From assembly GCA_963514005.1 (NCBI GenBank), contig OY740803.1:15562001-15626000 (forward strand): DNA of 64,000 nucleotides. The letters are read 5' to 3'. Numbering within the stretch: position 1 is the stretch's first letter; each line of letters starts with the position of its first letter. Below the pieces are notes generated by a model. It was not told the DNA's origin. It saw only the letters and a list, made by a program, of their open reading frames with translations, and made no database searches. Both the position numbers and the translations under genes were made by a program. The stretch is from Raja brachyura. Taxonomy: Eukaryota. Shown piece by piece: positions 63,470 through 64,000 of the stretch.

Positions 63470-63765
63470 TTTAGACTTTATACAGCACAGAAACAGGCCC
63501 TTCAGCCCACCGAGTTCCCGCCAACCTGCGAACACCCCATGCACGAGCACCATCCTACACACACTAGAGACAATTTAAAACTCTTACCAAAGCCAATTAA
63601 TCTACAAACCTGGAAGTCGTTGGTGTGTGGGAGGAAATCGGAGCTCCCGGAGAAAACCCACAGAGTCAGAGGGAGAACATACAAACTCCGTACAGACAGC
63701 ACCTGTAGTCAGGATTGAACACGGGTCCCTGGCGCTGTAAGGCAGCAACACCGCTGCACCACCTG
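63470..63765 (-). mobile_element. Full-length SINE
   Basis: Tail, body and head. Confidence 0.8.
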
Positions 63766-64000
63766 TGGCACCCCAGAAACTTTGCAGCAACTTATTATTC
63801 AAATGGCATTTTCTTTTTAATTTATTGCTTATGTGGTTGATTTTTGTTTTGTTTACTGAAATTAACTGCACGTCCTTCTGAAACCCCGAGCAAGAATTTG
63901 TGGAGAAAATGGTAGCCCGTGAGCAACAGATATTGCTGTTTGAGAGCAAGCTGCCCAGAAAGATAGGATGGAAGAGAATCCCCAGGCATTTTCAGAAGCT

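Overview
Eukaryotic, repeat-dense DNA with no host exon I can support. The repeat mix (tRNA-head V-SINE/HE1-like SINEs, CR1/HER1-like LINEs, Penelope, Rex1/Babar) suggests intronic or intergenic DNA of a cartilaginous fish such as a skate or ray; this is inferred, not verified. The main feature is a young, structurally complete 5.17-kb DIRS1-type tyrosine-recombinase retrotransposon (3317-8481). It has exact ITR and ICR matches, intact RT-RNaseH-methyltransferase and YR frames, and a gag broken by a recent CR1 insertion. Its sequence suggests an unusual expression scheme: ACG initiation, with pol acting as a retained intron. Other notable items are (1) fold-back Penelope-derived elements with 11-15 bp TSDs and minimal hammerhead ribozyme cores, (2) a 2.85-kb composite DNA transposon that has captured an inverted copy of DNA from 11 kb away, (3) a non-autonomous Helitron carrying two tandem arrays, (4) a bipartite RTE-derived element and (5) several Harbinger-like MITEs. 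Boundaries of old repeats are approximate, and all family names come from motif recognition by eye rather than database searches.
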